Below are positions 8,652 to 18,622 of a stretch of DNA of 64,000 bases, in pieces (position 1 is the first letter of the stretch; each line of letters starts with the position of its first letter). The DNA is from Candidatus Brocadiia bacterium (GTDB taxonomy: Bacteria > Planctomycetota > Brocadiia > SM23-32): the NCBI GenBank assembly GCA_046538485.1, contig JBKHIT010000011.1:1-64000 (forward strand). The letters are read 5' to 3'. Both the position numbers and the translations under genes were made by a program. The notes under the pieces were generated by a model. The model ran no database searches and had not been told where the DNA came from. It saw nothing but the letters and a program-made list of their open reading frames with translations.

Positions 8652-11600
8652 TCATTTTTCGAACGTCAATTCGCCCCAGTTTCGGGGTTCGAGTTTGAGT
8701 TCGAACACTTCGTCGTTGACGATTCCCGTGTTGCGGTTGGACCAGTATTTTCGACGCACCACGTCGGTTCCCGCGCGGTTGCTGAAAGTGACTCCGAAAT
8801 CGCCTCGAATCGTCAGGCCGGGACGTGGTGTGAGCCCGAGAACATCAAGAGGCACGGCGGCTTCCACGACGTAGCTTCGTCTTTTTGTGGAGACCGCGAT
8901 CCTGGCTTCATCGACGGTCTGCACCGATTTCACTTCAAAATGATGGATGACACCGGAACTATAAACCACCGATTTGCCATTTCCAACGGGCCCTTTCTCC
9001 CGGTAGATGACGGCCGCCGGTTCACCCTTGACTTTTCCGATGGCCAGGCGCAGATCTCCTTTGGCGGCGGAACGACGTTTCGGGTTGGCATCGGGGTTGG
9101 TGCCGAGCTGGAGGTCCACCGTATCGCCGCGCGAATAGAGGTTTTCGGGCAAGTTCGCATTGTTCTTCCAGGTTCCCGACCGGTCGTTCACTCTGCAGGC
9201 GAGATAGAGATTTTCCTGATCCCATCCCAGGGCCGTCTCGATGCGCGGGCCGCCGCGACGATGAACGTAGTAGCCCGCGAACCAGGCTTTTTCCCACTCA
9301 TCGAGCTCTCCGTCAACTTTGGGACTGACGCGGTGAACGTCGGTTTTTTTGACGCCGGCGAGTTTCTGTTTGCGTCGGCTGTAAAAGTTGCGGCTCCTTG
9401 CCACGCCGGCTTCGGTCTGTTTCAGGGGACCCCCGTCCAGCCGGCGGATGGAATTCAGTCCCGTCAATTCGATGATCCAGAACCCCGTTTTGCCGGCCTG
9501 AATGAAGGCCCGTCCATCGGTGGTGCCGGTGAAGAACCCGCCGAAATCTTCCCCACCCATTCCCGGCGGGCAATCGTCCATCAAAACGCCCGGTTCGGCT
9601 TTTTCCGGCCAGTTGACTCTGGCGGGATCGGCGGTGAACAGATTCGCCACGTAGAGGCCGTCGCGCGTAAACGCGTGCCACTCTCCGACGTTGGAGTTGA
9701 CCACGAAAACCTCTTCGTCTCCTTTCGTTTTCGCGCTGCCGACGAAGGCGAACGTGCCGCGCAGGAGCCCCGGTTCACCCTCGGGCGCCCGATGTGAGCC
9801 GTGTACCCCCGCCCAGGTGTTCGGGTAGGTCCAGAGCAAATTACCGCTATCGGCATCGAACGATTTCAGTGGATTCGAATGCGACATGACCACTTCACCG
9901 TCCAGACTCGGCAGCACACTTCCCTGTCCTCCGCCGTAGTGGGCATCCGGGATCGGATGGGCGGCGCTCAGGTCGTATTTCGGCGCTTCGGTTTTGGTAT
10001 AACCAGAGACGGGGAACTCCCATATCGTGCCGTCTTTCATGGGGAAATAAGCGGTCAGGCTTCCGTTCACGCCGAGGTGTTGCCACGCGCCGCGCATGCG
10101 AGTGCCGATGTCGCGGAACGACAGTTCCTCTTTCTGCACGTCGCCGTCCCCGTTTCGGTCCGCCCAGGAAAAAACTTCACTGTCAGTGCGATCGGCGAAA
10201 AGCGCGTGTTTGCTGAACGGCATGAGGCGTTTCCCGCGGTGGGCGGAGAAACGCTGGCGCGCGTTGCCGACCACGGCCACCAGCTTAAAATCTCCGGGAC
10301 CGCCACGACGGTAGACTTTTAACATGGAGAAATAGCGATGCAATCCCTGGGCCAGGTACCAGCGGCCATTGGCTTTCACGTAGCGGCTGGAATGCGTCCG
10401 TTCCAGGGGGAATTGGACGTTGACCATGCTATCGGCAGCAATTTTGCCAAGACATTCGTCGCGTCCGGTCTTCGGGTTCACCCGCCACTCGCACATCTGG
10501 CCGACACCGACATAGGGATCGTCGGGTTTGAGCGCGCCGCCGTCGGCGCCGTAGTGTGAGGAACCGAAAAGCTCGCGCAGCAACTCGCCATCCGTTGTCC
10601 AGACCGACCAGCGTTTGGGTTTGTCCACGCGTTCGCCGATCCAGAGACGGCCTTTGGGTCCGACGGTGAGTCCGATCGGTCTCAGCAACGCCTCAGCGTC
10701 CCAGGGCCCGAGGGAAGCGCGGCCGCCTTTCTTCCCGATCTTTCGAATCAGTTTGCCATCGGGCGTGAAGATATGAACCTGATGCGTTTCGCCCCAGAGA
10801 GCCACATAAATTTTTCCATCGGGTCCGCAGGTGATACCTTTCGGGGCATCCAGACCGGAGATTACCTGCTTTGCGTTGCCGTCCTCTGGATTCCAGCGCA
10901 GGATTTTGTCCTCGCTTATGACCAGAATCGAACCGTCGGCAGTTTTCCCCATGCGGCCGGGCGATTTGACGGTAAACTCTTTCTCCAGTTTGCCGCTCTT
11001 GATATCGACCCGGGCGAGGACATTTTGTGCGCTGAAACTCATGTATAATTTCCCGTCGATGGCGACGGTATCAGCGGGTCTGACCGGTTTTTTGGCGCCG
11101 CCGAGTTTTGGGATCGGCAGATCGGCCGTGCCGGTGGCTGAAAATGCAGCCAACGACCCATCGTCCACTCTGGCGTGGAAGACGTTCATCCCGTGCGGGC
11201 CGGCGTAGACATCGTTTCCGTCGACGGTCAGCAGTTCGGTGCTGGCATAGCCGCGTCGCACGCCCCAGATTTTGTGGTAATTGTCAGGATTCACCGCGAT
11301 GAGCTGGGTGCTGGCTTCGCCGCCCGACCAACCCAGTATGACCCGGTCCCCCGCGGTGGCGGCGGCAATCGGAACGCCGTGATCGCCGCCCCAGTCGCTG
11401 TCCTTCTCGAAATTATTCCAGGGCGGAGTGCCGGCGTTGTGGTAGACGCCGCGGTAGACCAGGTGAAGATTGTCGTGGACCAGTCCTTTCCATTCATACG
11501 TTCCGGGTTCCATCGGTTTCCCCGGATCGAGTCCGGGTTTGTCCTTCAGACCATCCCACATCACGGTGTGTTGGCCGGCGGTGAAATGTCGATCGCTCAC

Positions 11601-12542
11601 AAGATTGCGGATCCGGTTTCCTTTTTCATCATGGATGGCAATTGTGACGTACCCTTCTTCTTTCAGCTCAAAGCTGATGGGAATGTGGCCGGGAAGTCTT
11701 TTTTCTTCGATGAGGCCTGCCCAGTCGACGACCGGCCGTCCGTCTTTCATTTTAACAGGGAACTCCCGGCCGTCGGCGAGTCGGACGGGGGCCGGTTCGA
11801 GGTTGTTCTTTTTTGTAAAAATCCCTTTCCCCCACGATCCCGTGGCGCGGAAGGTGAAGATGCGGTCGGGTTTCGGGGCATAGAGGTCGCCGACCTTCCA
11901 GGCTTTGTCAAAACGTCCTTCCCAGGTTATTCGGCAGGTATCGCCGGCGCCGAGGGGTTTGCCGGAGCGGGTGAGGAGTTTCCACGGGAGGGCAATTTCC
12001 TGGAAGTAACCATTGTTGTCTTCGAATTTCTGGAACGCCATCTTCGCGCCTTCTTTGAGCGTGTCGGGAACGGTTCCCTCTTTCCCGCCCCGGCTGAAAG
12101 TACCGTAGTAGATGTCCATAACCGGCTGACCTTTGCGGTCCTGCCAGGCAGTGACGTGGAGGTAGCGGTCTGTTTTGAGTCGGAGCTGAAAACAATCCCC
12201 GTTCCACCCGCGTCCGGCGGCTTTGGTGCGCTGGTTGTTCAGGGGATGAGGGTCACGGAACCGCGCGAGCACGTAGAGGTAGTCCGAATCATACATCGCG
12301 TGGACCCATGTGGCGGCCTCGTGTCGGTTCTTTTGCACGTTGGGACAGCCAAAAACGCCCCCGCTGAGGTCCCAATCGCCCGTTTTGCCATCTATTTTCA
12401 CATTTTTGGGCGCGGGCACGATTCGGATCTGGCGGTTTTCAGTCGGGGTAGCACCGACGGGAGCCGCACGCCAAAAAAGGATGACAAGACCTGCAACGAG
12501 GCCGACGCAATAAATTGCTTTTTCTCCCCGAGCTATATGCAT
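8652..12542 (-). CDS. Giant secreted protein, paralog of 3251-8629: N- and C-terminal CBM9-like domains, FlgD-like Ig domain, NHL repeats
   Basis: Likely start MHIARG at 12542 (AGAGGT SD, followed by a signal peptide); KIDGKTGDW...YLYV; IHDEKGNRIRNL...WDG; DRNGDG; shared C-terminal YWSN...LEPRNWG. The frame is open upstream to 12680. Confidence 0.85.
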   Translation of the reverse strand: MHIARGEKAIYCVGLVAGLVILFWRAAPVGATPTENRQIRIVPAPKNVKIDGKTGDWDLSGGVFGCPNVQKNRHEAATWVHAMYDSDYLYVLARFRDPHPLNNQRTKAAGRGWNGDCFQLRLKTDRYLHVTAWQDRKGQPVMDIYYGTFSRGGKEGTVPDTLKEGAKMAFQKFEDNNGYFQEIALPWKLLTRSGKPLGAGDTCRITWEGRFDKAWKVGDLYAPKPDRIFTFRATGSWGKGIFTKKNNLEPAPVRLADGREFPVKMKDGRPVVDWAGLIEEKRLPGHIPISFELKEEGYVTIAIHDEKGNRIRNLVSDRHFTAGQHTVMWDGLKDKPGLDPGKPMEPGTYEWKGLVHDNLHLVYRGVYHNAGTPPWNNFEKDSDWGGDHGVPIAAATAGDRVILGWSGGEASTQLIAVNPDNYHKIWGVRRGYASTELLTVDGNDVYAGPHGMNVFHARVDDGSLAAFSATGTADLPIPKLGGAKKPVRPADTVAIDGKLYMSFSAQNVLARVDIKSGKLEKEFTVKSPGRMGKTADGSILVISEDKILRWNPEDGNAKQVISGLDAPKGITCGPDGKIYVALWGETHQVHIFTPDGKLIRKIGKKGGRASLGPWDAEALLRPIGLTVGPKGRLWIGERVDKPKRWSVWTTDGELLRELFGSSHYGADGGALKPDDPYVGVGQMCEWRVNPKTGRDECLGKIAADSMVNVQFPLERTHSSRYVKANGRWYLAQGLHRYFSMLKVYRRGGPGDFKLVAVVGNARQRFSAHRGKRLMPFSKHALFADRTDSEVFSWADRNGDGDVQKEELSFRDIGTRMRGAWQHLGVNGSLTAYFPMKDGTIWEFPVSGYTKTEAPKYDLSAAHPIPDAHYGGGQGSVLPSLDGEVVMSHSNPLKSFDADSGNLLWTYPNTWAGVHGSHRAPEGEPGLLRGTFAFVGSAKTKGDEEVFVVNSNVGEWHAFTRDGLYVANLFTADPARVNWPEKAEPGVLMDDCPPGMGGEDFGGFFTGTTDGRAFIQAGKTGFWIIELTGLNSIRRLDGGPLKQTEAGVARSRNFYSRRKQKLAGVKKTDVHRVSPKVDGELDEWEKAWFAGYYVHRRGGPRIETALGWDQENLYLACRVNDRSGTWKNNANLPENLYSRGDTVDLQLGTNPDANPKRRSAAKGDLRLAIGKVKGEPAAVIYREKGPVGNGKSVVYSSGVIHHFEVKSVQTVDEARIAVSTKRRSYVVEAAVPLDVLGLTPRPGLTIRGDFGVTFSNRAGTDVVRRKYWSNRNTGIVNDEVFELKLEPRNWGELTFEK

Positions 12543-12777
12543 GAAAGACCTCTTATCTTGTTTTGCTTCATGGAAAGACATGTTTGCCCGAATTGTAGAG
12601 GGGCACGTATTTATCGATGTTGTCGCGGGCCGTTCTATTAAGGTGAACCCGGATTCGGTGCGTGAGCTTTCGAGCTGCATATCAGACCATCAGATCTCCT
12701 TTTTTGATATTCGGTATTTTCAACACCGACAGAGGCCCCGATCCCTCATGTACGGAAAACCGGCCAATTGTTATATG

Positions 12778-12806
12778 AGTTTATGATACAATATCGGCGG
12801 CGTCAA
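12778..12806 (-). promoter_or_regulatory. Putative sigma70 promoter for the giant-protein pair
   Basis: Minus strand TTGACG-N17-TAAACT. Confidence 0.5.
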
Positions 12807-12981
12807 GGAAAATCTATCAGGATCGAGTTGCTGGAAAAAGCCGAATTGGGGTTGCGGTTTGGGAGAGAGACATCCCATCGCGCAGAAGACAAAGAAGAGA
12901 GCAGTGAGTAGGCCGGTTAGAAAGCCCTTTGCCCGAAAAACTCACTCAGCCCGTTTGAATGCTTATGGCTTTGCGGAAGAT

Positions 12982-13461
12982 TCATTTTTTGAGGGCATCC
13001 GTGAACTGGCGAACTTCCTGCTTATAGTTGTTCTTTTTGACTTTCTTTTCTTTCAACCCCAGGGTGGCGAGCGCTTCGCGCTGGGAGAGTTCGGTCATAT
13101 GCCGGAAGGTCCGATCAATTCCCGTACTTCCCGTCGTCAGAAAGAACGCCACGTTGGGGAGTTTGTCCTTGTTTTGATCGATCCAGGTGCGGACGGCCGG
13201 GCACATTGACCAGGCCCATACGGGGGTTCCGATGATTACCGTTTCATAGGCAGCCGGATCGTGGGGAGGCGATTCAATGTCGGTTTTTTTCTTGAATCCG
13301 GCATCTTTTCCCCCGCCCATGAATCCGAGGACCCCGGACCGGTCTTTCTTATCGATGATCCGTCCGATGTCGGCCTCAAGTTGTTCGGCGATTTCTTCGG
13401 CAATTATCTTTGTGTTTCCCGTGCGCGAGTAGTAGATCACAAGAAAGGGTTTCTGGTTCAA
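12982..13461 (-). CDS. Flavodoxin-family protein
   Basis: YYSRTGNT FMN-binding loop and IGTPVW; TTG start directly after the upstream stop, with GAAGGAG SD. Confidence 0.9.
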   Translation of the reverse strand: MNQKPFLVIYYSRTGNTKIIAEEIAEQLEADIGRIIDKKDRSGVLGFMGGGKDAGFKKKTDIESPPHDPAAYETVIIGTPVWAWSMCPAVRTWIDQNKDKLPNVAFFLTTGSTGIDRTFRHMTELSQREALATLGLKEKKVKKNNYKQEVRQFTDALKK

Positions 13462-15261
13462 TTACAGATCTCCTTCCGTTCCTTCGGGTTGGCTGAGTGC
13501 AATTTCTCGTTCGGCGTCTCTTTCGTCCCTTGTGCTCCATGCGTATTCGAAGCGAAACTCATTTTTCAGGGGTGATGGATCTTTCATGGAATTTTTATCC
13601 AGTTCCCGGAATTCTCCGTCTTCGAGTTCCGTGACACAAAAATCAAATCGACGCAGATAATCGGGTTTGTTTTCCAGAGCAGCATTTAATTCTGATTTCA
13701 GTTTTTTGTAAAGCTGACCGTGCGTTCGGATCTTTCGTCGGGCGATTGTTTCCTCATCCGGCTTTATGATAACACCGATTTGTTCTTCCCCATCGCGGTT
13801 CTGGATGGCGCGCACGGTGAACTCGTCAATGGTCGGGCAGGCGGCCAGGGCCGGGGCAAGATCCTCTTCGGGGAAGACTTTTTTGCCGCCCGGCAGGACG
13901 ATCACGTGTTTGGAACGTCCGACTATACGGTATCGTCCCGCCGAGTCGCGCCGGGCAATGTCGCCGCTGCGCAAACCCGCGGGGCTTTTCGCTCGGGCGG
14001 TTTCATCGGGATCTTTGTAGTAACTTTTCATGACCTGCGGTCCTTTGATCAACATTTCCCCCTGTTTGTCACGGTCCACGATTACGTCCTGTTCGGGGAC
14101 ATCCGCAAGATAGATTTCTGTGTTTTTGAGCGGTAACCCGATGGTCCCCGCGAGCTTTTCATAATGCCGGGTAAAAAGAAAACGCCAGCGTGAGAATTTC
14201 TGAACAGTGCCGACGGGGGAGAGTTCTGTCATTCCCCAGCCCTGGACCAGAGGGATACCTAATCGCAGATATCGGCGCAGGAGCTGCGGATCGAGCCTGG
14301 CTCCGCCGCTGACGCAGAATCGAAGCTGGGCCCCTCCGAAAAGTTTTTTGTGTAATGTGCGGAAAAGAATTGGGCCGATATTCACACCGGTCCACTTTTT
14401 TATGGTCCCGCTGAGATTTTCGGTCTTGCGAAGTTTTTTCAGTGCGTCCTCTCGTGCCGCTGCTGTCTCGATCCCGGAAAGTAACGCTTCGAATACGCGG
14501 GGCACACCAACGAATACGGTCGGCTTGACGGATCTGATGAAATCGCTGGTTCTCCGATTTTTTACATCCCCCACGGCCATACGGGCACCGGCATAGAAAG
14601 GCAAAATGACGGTGGTGGTCAGAGGGTAAGCGTGATGATGGGGTAAAATAGCCGGCAGGCAATCGCTGGGATGAACTTTGAATCGCTGGCAGCATGCGGC
14701 GACGTTGGCCAGAACGTTGTGATGGGTGAGGACCACGCCTTTTTTTCGCCCCGTTGTCCCCGACGTATATAGAATTTGAGCAGGTTCTTCGGGATCCGGG
14801 CTCACGGTTTCAGCGGAACAATCCGTTCGGGAGATGTTTTCTGCGGTCAACAACCGGATACGCAAATCGGACACCAGGTCGGCCACTTTATCGCGATCAT
14901 CAGATTTGACGATCACCCCTCGCGATTCGGAATGGCGCAGGGCGTATAGGACCAGCTCTGGCGAAGAGTCCAGGAATTCGTATTCGAGTGGCACAGCAAC
15001 GGCGCCGGTGCGGAGGATCCCGTAATAGGCAGTGATCCACCAGGGTCCGTTTGGCATCAAGAGGGCAACCCGGTCCAGTTCTCGTAATTCTTCTTGCTGG
15101 AGGCCGGCTGCAAAAGCTTCTGTCCGCCTGAACATCTGTTTGTAAGTGATGGCCGTAGTACCGTTTTGCCCCTGGTGCAACAATGCCGTTTTGCCCGCAT
15201 ATTTCCGGCCGTTGATCGCGAGTATTTCGGCGAGATCACTGATTTCGGTCTCAGTGGTCAA
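13462..15261 (-). CDS. Long-chain acyl-CoA synthetase / AMP-binding protein
   Basis: YTSGTTGRKKG, QGWGMTE, GPQVMKSYY, RSGDI and GRSK motifs. Confidence 0.92.
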   Translation of the reverse strand: MTTETEISDLAEILAINGRKYAGKTALLHQGQNGTTAITYKQMFRRTEAFAAGLQQEELRELDRVALLMPNGPWWITAYYGILRTGAVAVPLEYEFLDSSPELVLYALRHSESRGVIVKSDDRDKVADLVSDLRIRLLTAENISRTDCSAETVSPDPEEPAQILYTSGTTGRKKGVVLTHHNVLANVAACCQRFKVHPSDCLPAILPHHHAYPLTTTVILPFYAGARMAVGDVKNRRTSDFIRSVKPTVFVGVPRVFEALLSGIETAAAREDALKKLRKTENLSGTIKKWTGVNIGPILFRTLHKKLFGGAQLRFCVSGGARLDPQLLRRYLRLGIPLVQGWGMTELSPVGTVQKFSRWRFLFTRHYEKLAGTIGLPLKNTEIYLADVPEQDVIVDRDKQGEMLIKGPQVMKSYYKDPDETARAKSPAGLRSGDIARRDSAGRYRIVGRSKHVIVLPGGKKVFPEEDLAPALAACPTIDEFTVRAIQNRDGEEQIGVIIKPDEETIARRKIRTHGQLYKKLKSELNAALENKPDYLRRFDFCVTELEDGEFRELDKNSMKDPSPLKNEFRFEYAWSTRDERDAEREIALSQPEGTEGDL

Positions 15262-15303
15262 AATGCGCTCCAGACTTCGCGAGGGTTGTTGTTATGTTAG
15301 ATA

Positions 15304-15333
15304 ATTTTAGCACAGGGAATCGGCTATAGGCAA
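15304..15333 (-). promoter_or_regulatory. Putative promoter of the acyl-CoA ligase-flavodoxin pair
   Basis: Minus strand TTGCCT-N18-TAAAAT with extended -10 (TGcTAAAAT). Confidence 0.45.
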
Positions 15334-15379
15334 TTAACTCGCCGGCAATTTTTTCTCTGTGTTTGGTTTGCGGCTGGTT

Positions 15380-17647
15380 TTACAACATGGAGACAGGGTC
15401 GACATCGACGATTACTTTTGATCCACTCGGGCCATCCAGTATGCTTTCAACAGCGGCCAGCAGCCCGTGGATGGCCGCTGAGTTCGGGCATTTGAGCATA
15501 GCGTGGTAGCGGTAGCGTCTTTTGATTTTAGAGATGGGGGCTGCGGCCGGTCCCAGCACCTGCGAGCCGTCGGCGTTTTCTTCACACAGGCGCTGGAGTT
15601 CTGCCGCCAGTTCATTCATGTACCGCTTAATTGGACCGAGTTTTGGACCCCGGCATACGATTCGGGCCATACGACCAAAAGGCGGGTAACGAAGCCTTCT
15701 GCGGGATCCCAATTCTTTTTCAGCGAACCGATCATAATCGTGATCTGCGGCCGCCCGAATACTGGGATCGTTGGGTAGATACGTTTGGAGAATTACTCGC
15801 CCACCGGCCGGTCCCCGTCCCGTGCGACCCGCCACCTGTGCCAGAAGTTGAAAAGTTCGTTCTCTTGAGCGGAAATCTGGCAGATGAAGTGAGACGTCAC
15901 AATTTACAACGCCGACCGTGGTGACATTCGGGAAATCCAGCCCTTTTGCGATCATCTGTGTTCCCACGAGAACGCTGGCCTGACGATTGCGGAATTTGGT
16001 CAGGGCTTTTTTGTGGGCGTCTCGTGTTTTCATCGTGTCGCTGTCCATCCTGAGGATTTCCACTTCGGGGAAGAGTTCTCGGGTTTCTTTTTCCACTCGT
16101 TCGGTGCCTGTTCCGCCGAAACGGATCTTATCGCTGCCGCATTCCGGGCATTTGTCGGGGGGTCTTCGCTCACGGCCGCAGTAATGACAGCGCACGACAT
16201 TGTCCGCCCGGTGGTAGTTTATGGTGATTTCACAGCGGTCGCACTGAAGTGTGTACCCGCACTGTCTGCATTGGATGAAAGGTGAGTGGCCGCGGCGGTT
16301 CAGAAAGAGAATGACTTGATGGCCTTTTTTCAGGCTCTCACGCATGCACGATTCGAGTCGGTGGCTGATAACGCGGGAATGTCGGTAGCCGGCCCATTCC
16401 TGCCGCATATCCACGATTTCTGCGGGGGGCAAGGGATGGCCACCGATCCGATGCCGGAGACGCACCGCGGTATATTTCCCAGTTTTCGCGTTGTGGTAAC
16501 TTTCCAACGATGGCGTCGCGGTTCCGAGAACCACGAGGGCGTCGTCGGCTCTGGCTCTCATAATGCCGACATCACGAGCGTGATATCGTGGCACGTTATC
16601 CTGTTTGAAGCTATTTTCGTGTTCTTCATCGATAACCAGGAGGCCGAGATTGGGCACAGGAGCGAATATTGCCGATCGCGCTCCGATCACAACATCGGCT
16701 TCTCCGTTGCGGATTTGATGCCAGAAATGCCGTCTCTGGCTTTCGGTCAGTCGGCTGTGAAGGACGGCCAGGCGCTGGAACCGGCTCCGAAAATGGCGCA
16801 CAGTCTGGGGAGTCAGGCTAATCTCTGGAACGAGGACAATGGCTTGTTCGCCTTCTTTGACAGCCCGATCGATTGCCTGCAGATAGACCTCTGTTTTCCC
16901 GCTTGAAGTGATACCATGGAGGAGGACGACTTCGAAATCTTGCCGGTGGAGACGGTCTATTACTACTTCATAAGCTCGTCGTTGCTCATTTGTGAGCTCA
17001 TAGGGTTCCTCTAATTCTACGTCCAGATCTGTCAGAGGATCTTCCCGTTCGACAACTTGTTTCTCTATTTCCAGGAAGCCTTTTCGCTGTAGAGCTTTGA
17101 TAGAGGACCGGCTGGCGACTTCGGCAACGGCTTTCAATTCAGTGATAGGTGGATTTTCGTCCATTATGGCCAGGGTGCGGAGGATCTTGCTCTGGGCCGG
17201 AGACCGGTCGAAAATATCCTGGGCAATATTCTGAGCTTCCCGGTCGGTTACCATTAGTTTTGCGCACTGTACCTTGCGGCGTTTTGCTTTTGCGTGAACG
17301 GCGGATGGGATAGCGGCCGCGAGGGCCTCACCGACCGAACAGTGGTAATACTGTGCCATCCAGCGTCCCAACTGGAGCATTTTATCGGTGAAAACCGGTT
17401 CACTATCGACCACTTCTTTGATTGGTCGGAGTTTGTTCTTAGGCACATCCGTTTCTTTTTTCAGACCGACACAGTACCCCAATACCGATTTTTGATTTCC
17501 AAACGGGACTCGTACTCTCCCGCCTACAGGCACGCGCCCTCGCATTAATTCTGGAATTGAATAATCAAACTGGCGTCTCAGCGGTTTGTTAAGGGCCACT
17601 GAAGCGATAGGGGGTACGGATATGTCAGCGCCATTTTCATCGTTCAT
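15380..17647 (-). CDS. priA: Primosomal protein N'
   Basis: GITSSGKTEVY, DEEH, TATPS, four CxxC zinc pairs, GTQMIAKGLDFPNV, QVAGRTGR; start position approximate. Confidence 0.97.
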   Translation of the reverse strand: MNDENGADISVPPIASVALNKPLRRQFDYSIPELMRGRVPVGGRVRVPFGNQKSVLGYCVGLKKETDVPKNKLRPIKEVVDSEPVFTDKMLQLGRWMAQYYHCSVGEALAAAIPSAVHAKAKRRKVQCAKLMVTDREAQNIAQDIFDRSPAQSKILRTLAIMDENPPITELKAVAEVASRSSIKALQRKGFLEIEKQVVEREDPLTDLDVELEEPYELTNEQRRAYEVVIDRLHRQDFEVVLLHGITSSGKTEVYLQAIDRAVKEGEQAIVLVPEISLTPQTVRHFRSRFQRLAVLHSRLTESQRRHFWHQIRNGEADVVIGARSAIFAPVPNLGLLVIDEEHENSFKQDNVPRYHARDVGIMRARADDALVVLGTATPSLESYHNAKTGKYTAVRLRHRIGGHPLPPAEIVDMRQEWAGYRHSRVISHRLESCMRESLKKGHQVILFLNRRGHSPFIQCRQCGYTLQCDRCEITINYHRADNVVRCHYCGRERRPPDKCPECGSDKIRFGGTGTERVEKETRELFPEVEILRMDSDTMKTRDAHKKALTKFRNRQASVLVGTQMIAKGLDFPNVTTVGVVNCDVSLHLPDFRSRERTFQLLAQVAGRTGRGPAGGRVILQTYLPNDPSIRAAADHDYDRFAEKELGSRRRLRYPPFGRMARIVCRGPKLGPIKRYMNELAAELQRLCEENADGSQVLGPAAAPISKIKRRYRYHAMLKCPNSAAIHGLLAAVESILDGPSGSKVIVDVDPVSML

Positions 17648-17752
17648 AAACGTGAGGAGCATGCGACTTTCAAAAGTAAAAAGCGAGAGGAGCCGACGAC
17701 TCGATAAACCGCCGGCTCCTGCGGATGTGATGGCAATCTCAGATGTTGCCAA

Positions 17753-18403
17753 TTATCGTCTGGGCATACCTGCGCAGATTTTTTTGGTCACCTTTTGAAT
17801 CTGTTTCACTACCTGCGGGGATATTGCTTCGCCGGCCGCACCACCCACGGCGGCTCCGGCAGCTCCGCCGATGACCCGTCCTCTACCCTTTCCTACGGTG
17901 GCTCCGGCCGCACCACCCGCGACGGCTCCACCAATGGTGGCAAGAGTGCGGCGTGTGGCTCCGTATCCCGATCCGATCCACAGAACCATTGCCGTCTCCG
18001 TTTCAATCATTTTTGCGGTCATGCTGAGGCGTTCGCCGTTAACACTAAGATTGGCGATAACGACGGCGGGGACGTTGAGAATACGTCCAGCGGCAGCGGC
18101 CCCCTGGCTTGTGGTCAGGTCCGAACGCTGGAAATTTTGTTCTTCAAGGATGGCGTGAACCTGTTTGCGTTCTATAACATCATAGCCTTTTTTGAACATT
18201 TCCTGCGAAAGGTAGTCCGCCACCTGATTTTTAGAAGCTTCCCCGGCGATATCCCCACCAATTTCAACGACAGCCAGTTTATCAATTTTACTGTAGTCGT
18301 AACCTTCTTTTACGAAACTCTCGCCGCTTGCGCAACCTGCTGCAGCGAGCAGTGTGCAAAGCAGCAAACAAGACACAATCTGACTGAGTTTCTTACTCAT
18401 CAC
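17753..18403 (-). CDS. CsgG/HfaB-like lipoprotein with glycine zipper
   Basis: Lipobox AAGC; VIERKQVHAILEEQ...AAAAGRILNV CsgG-like motif; GGAVAGGAAGA zipper. Confidence 0.8.
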   Translation of the reverse strand: MMSKKLSQIVSCLLLCTLLAAAGCASGESFVKEGYDYSKIDKLAVVEIGGDIAGEASKNQVADYLSQEMFKKGYDVIERKQVHAILEEQNFQRSDLTTSQGAAAAGRILNVPAVVIANLSVNGERLSMTAKMIETETAMVLWIGSGYGATRRTLATIGGAVAGGAAGATVGKGRGRVIGGAAGAAVGGAAGEAISPQVVKQIQKVTKKICAGMPRR

Positions 18404-18450
18404 TACTCTCCCATCAGTTAAAGAAAACCCGTTTCTTATCCAGCCTATAT

Positions 18451-18479
18451 CTTTTACTCTGAGCCAGGGATATTGTCAA
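18451..18479 (-). promoter_or_regulatory. Putative promoter of the CsgG-like gene
   Basis: Minus strand TTGACA-N17-TAAAAG. Confidence 0.45.
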
Positions 18480-18499
18480 ATACGCCCGTGCTTAACCGA

Positions 18500-18528
18500 T
18501 TGAAACGAAACCTGCTGAACAGTATAAT
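18500..18528 (+). promoter_or_regulatory. Sigma70 promoter of the proS operon
   Basis: TTGAAA-N17-TATAAT, about 95 nt upstream of the proS ATG. Confidence 0.7.
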
Positions 18529-18622
18529 GCCGCCTGCTGTCGAAAGCTTTTCGTCTCCATGCCGGTAGAGGCGGGACGTTATTTGCATCAACATGCCGTC
18601 GTTCCCCCACCGAGTAACCATT

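Noticed and set aside
3230..12641. Long plus-strand ORFs (741, 525, 348, 285 and 488 aa)
   Set aside because: Antisense shadows of the two giant minus-strand genes, caused by codon bias; no motifs recognised.
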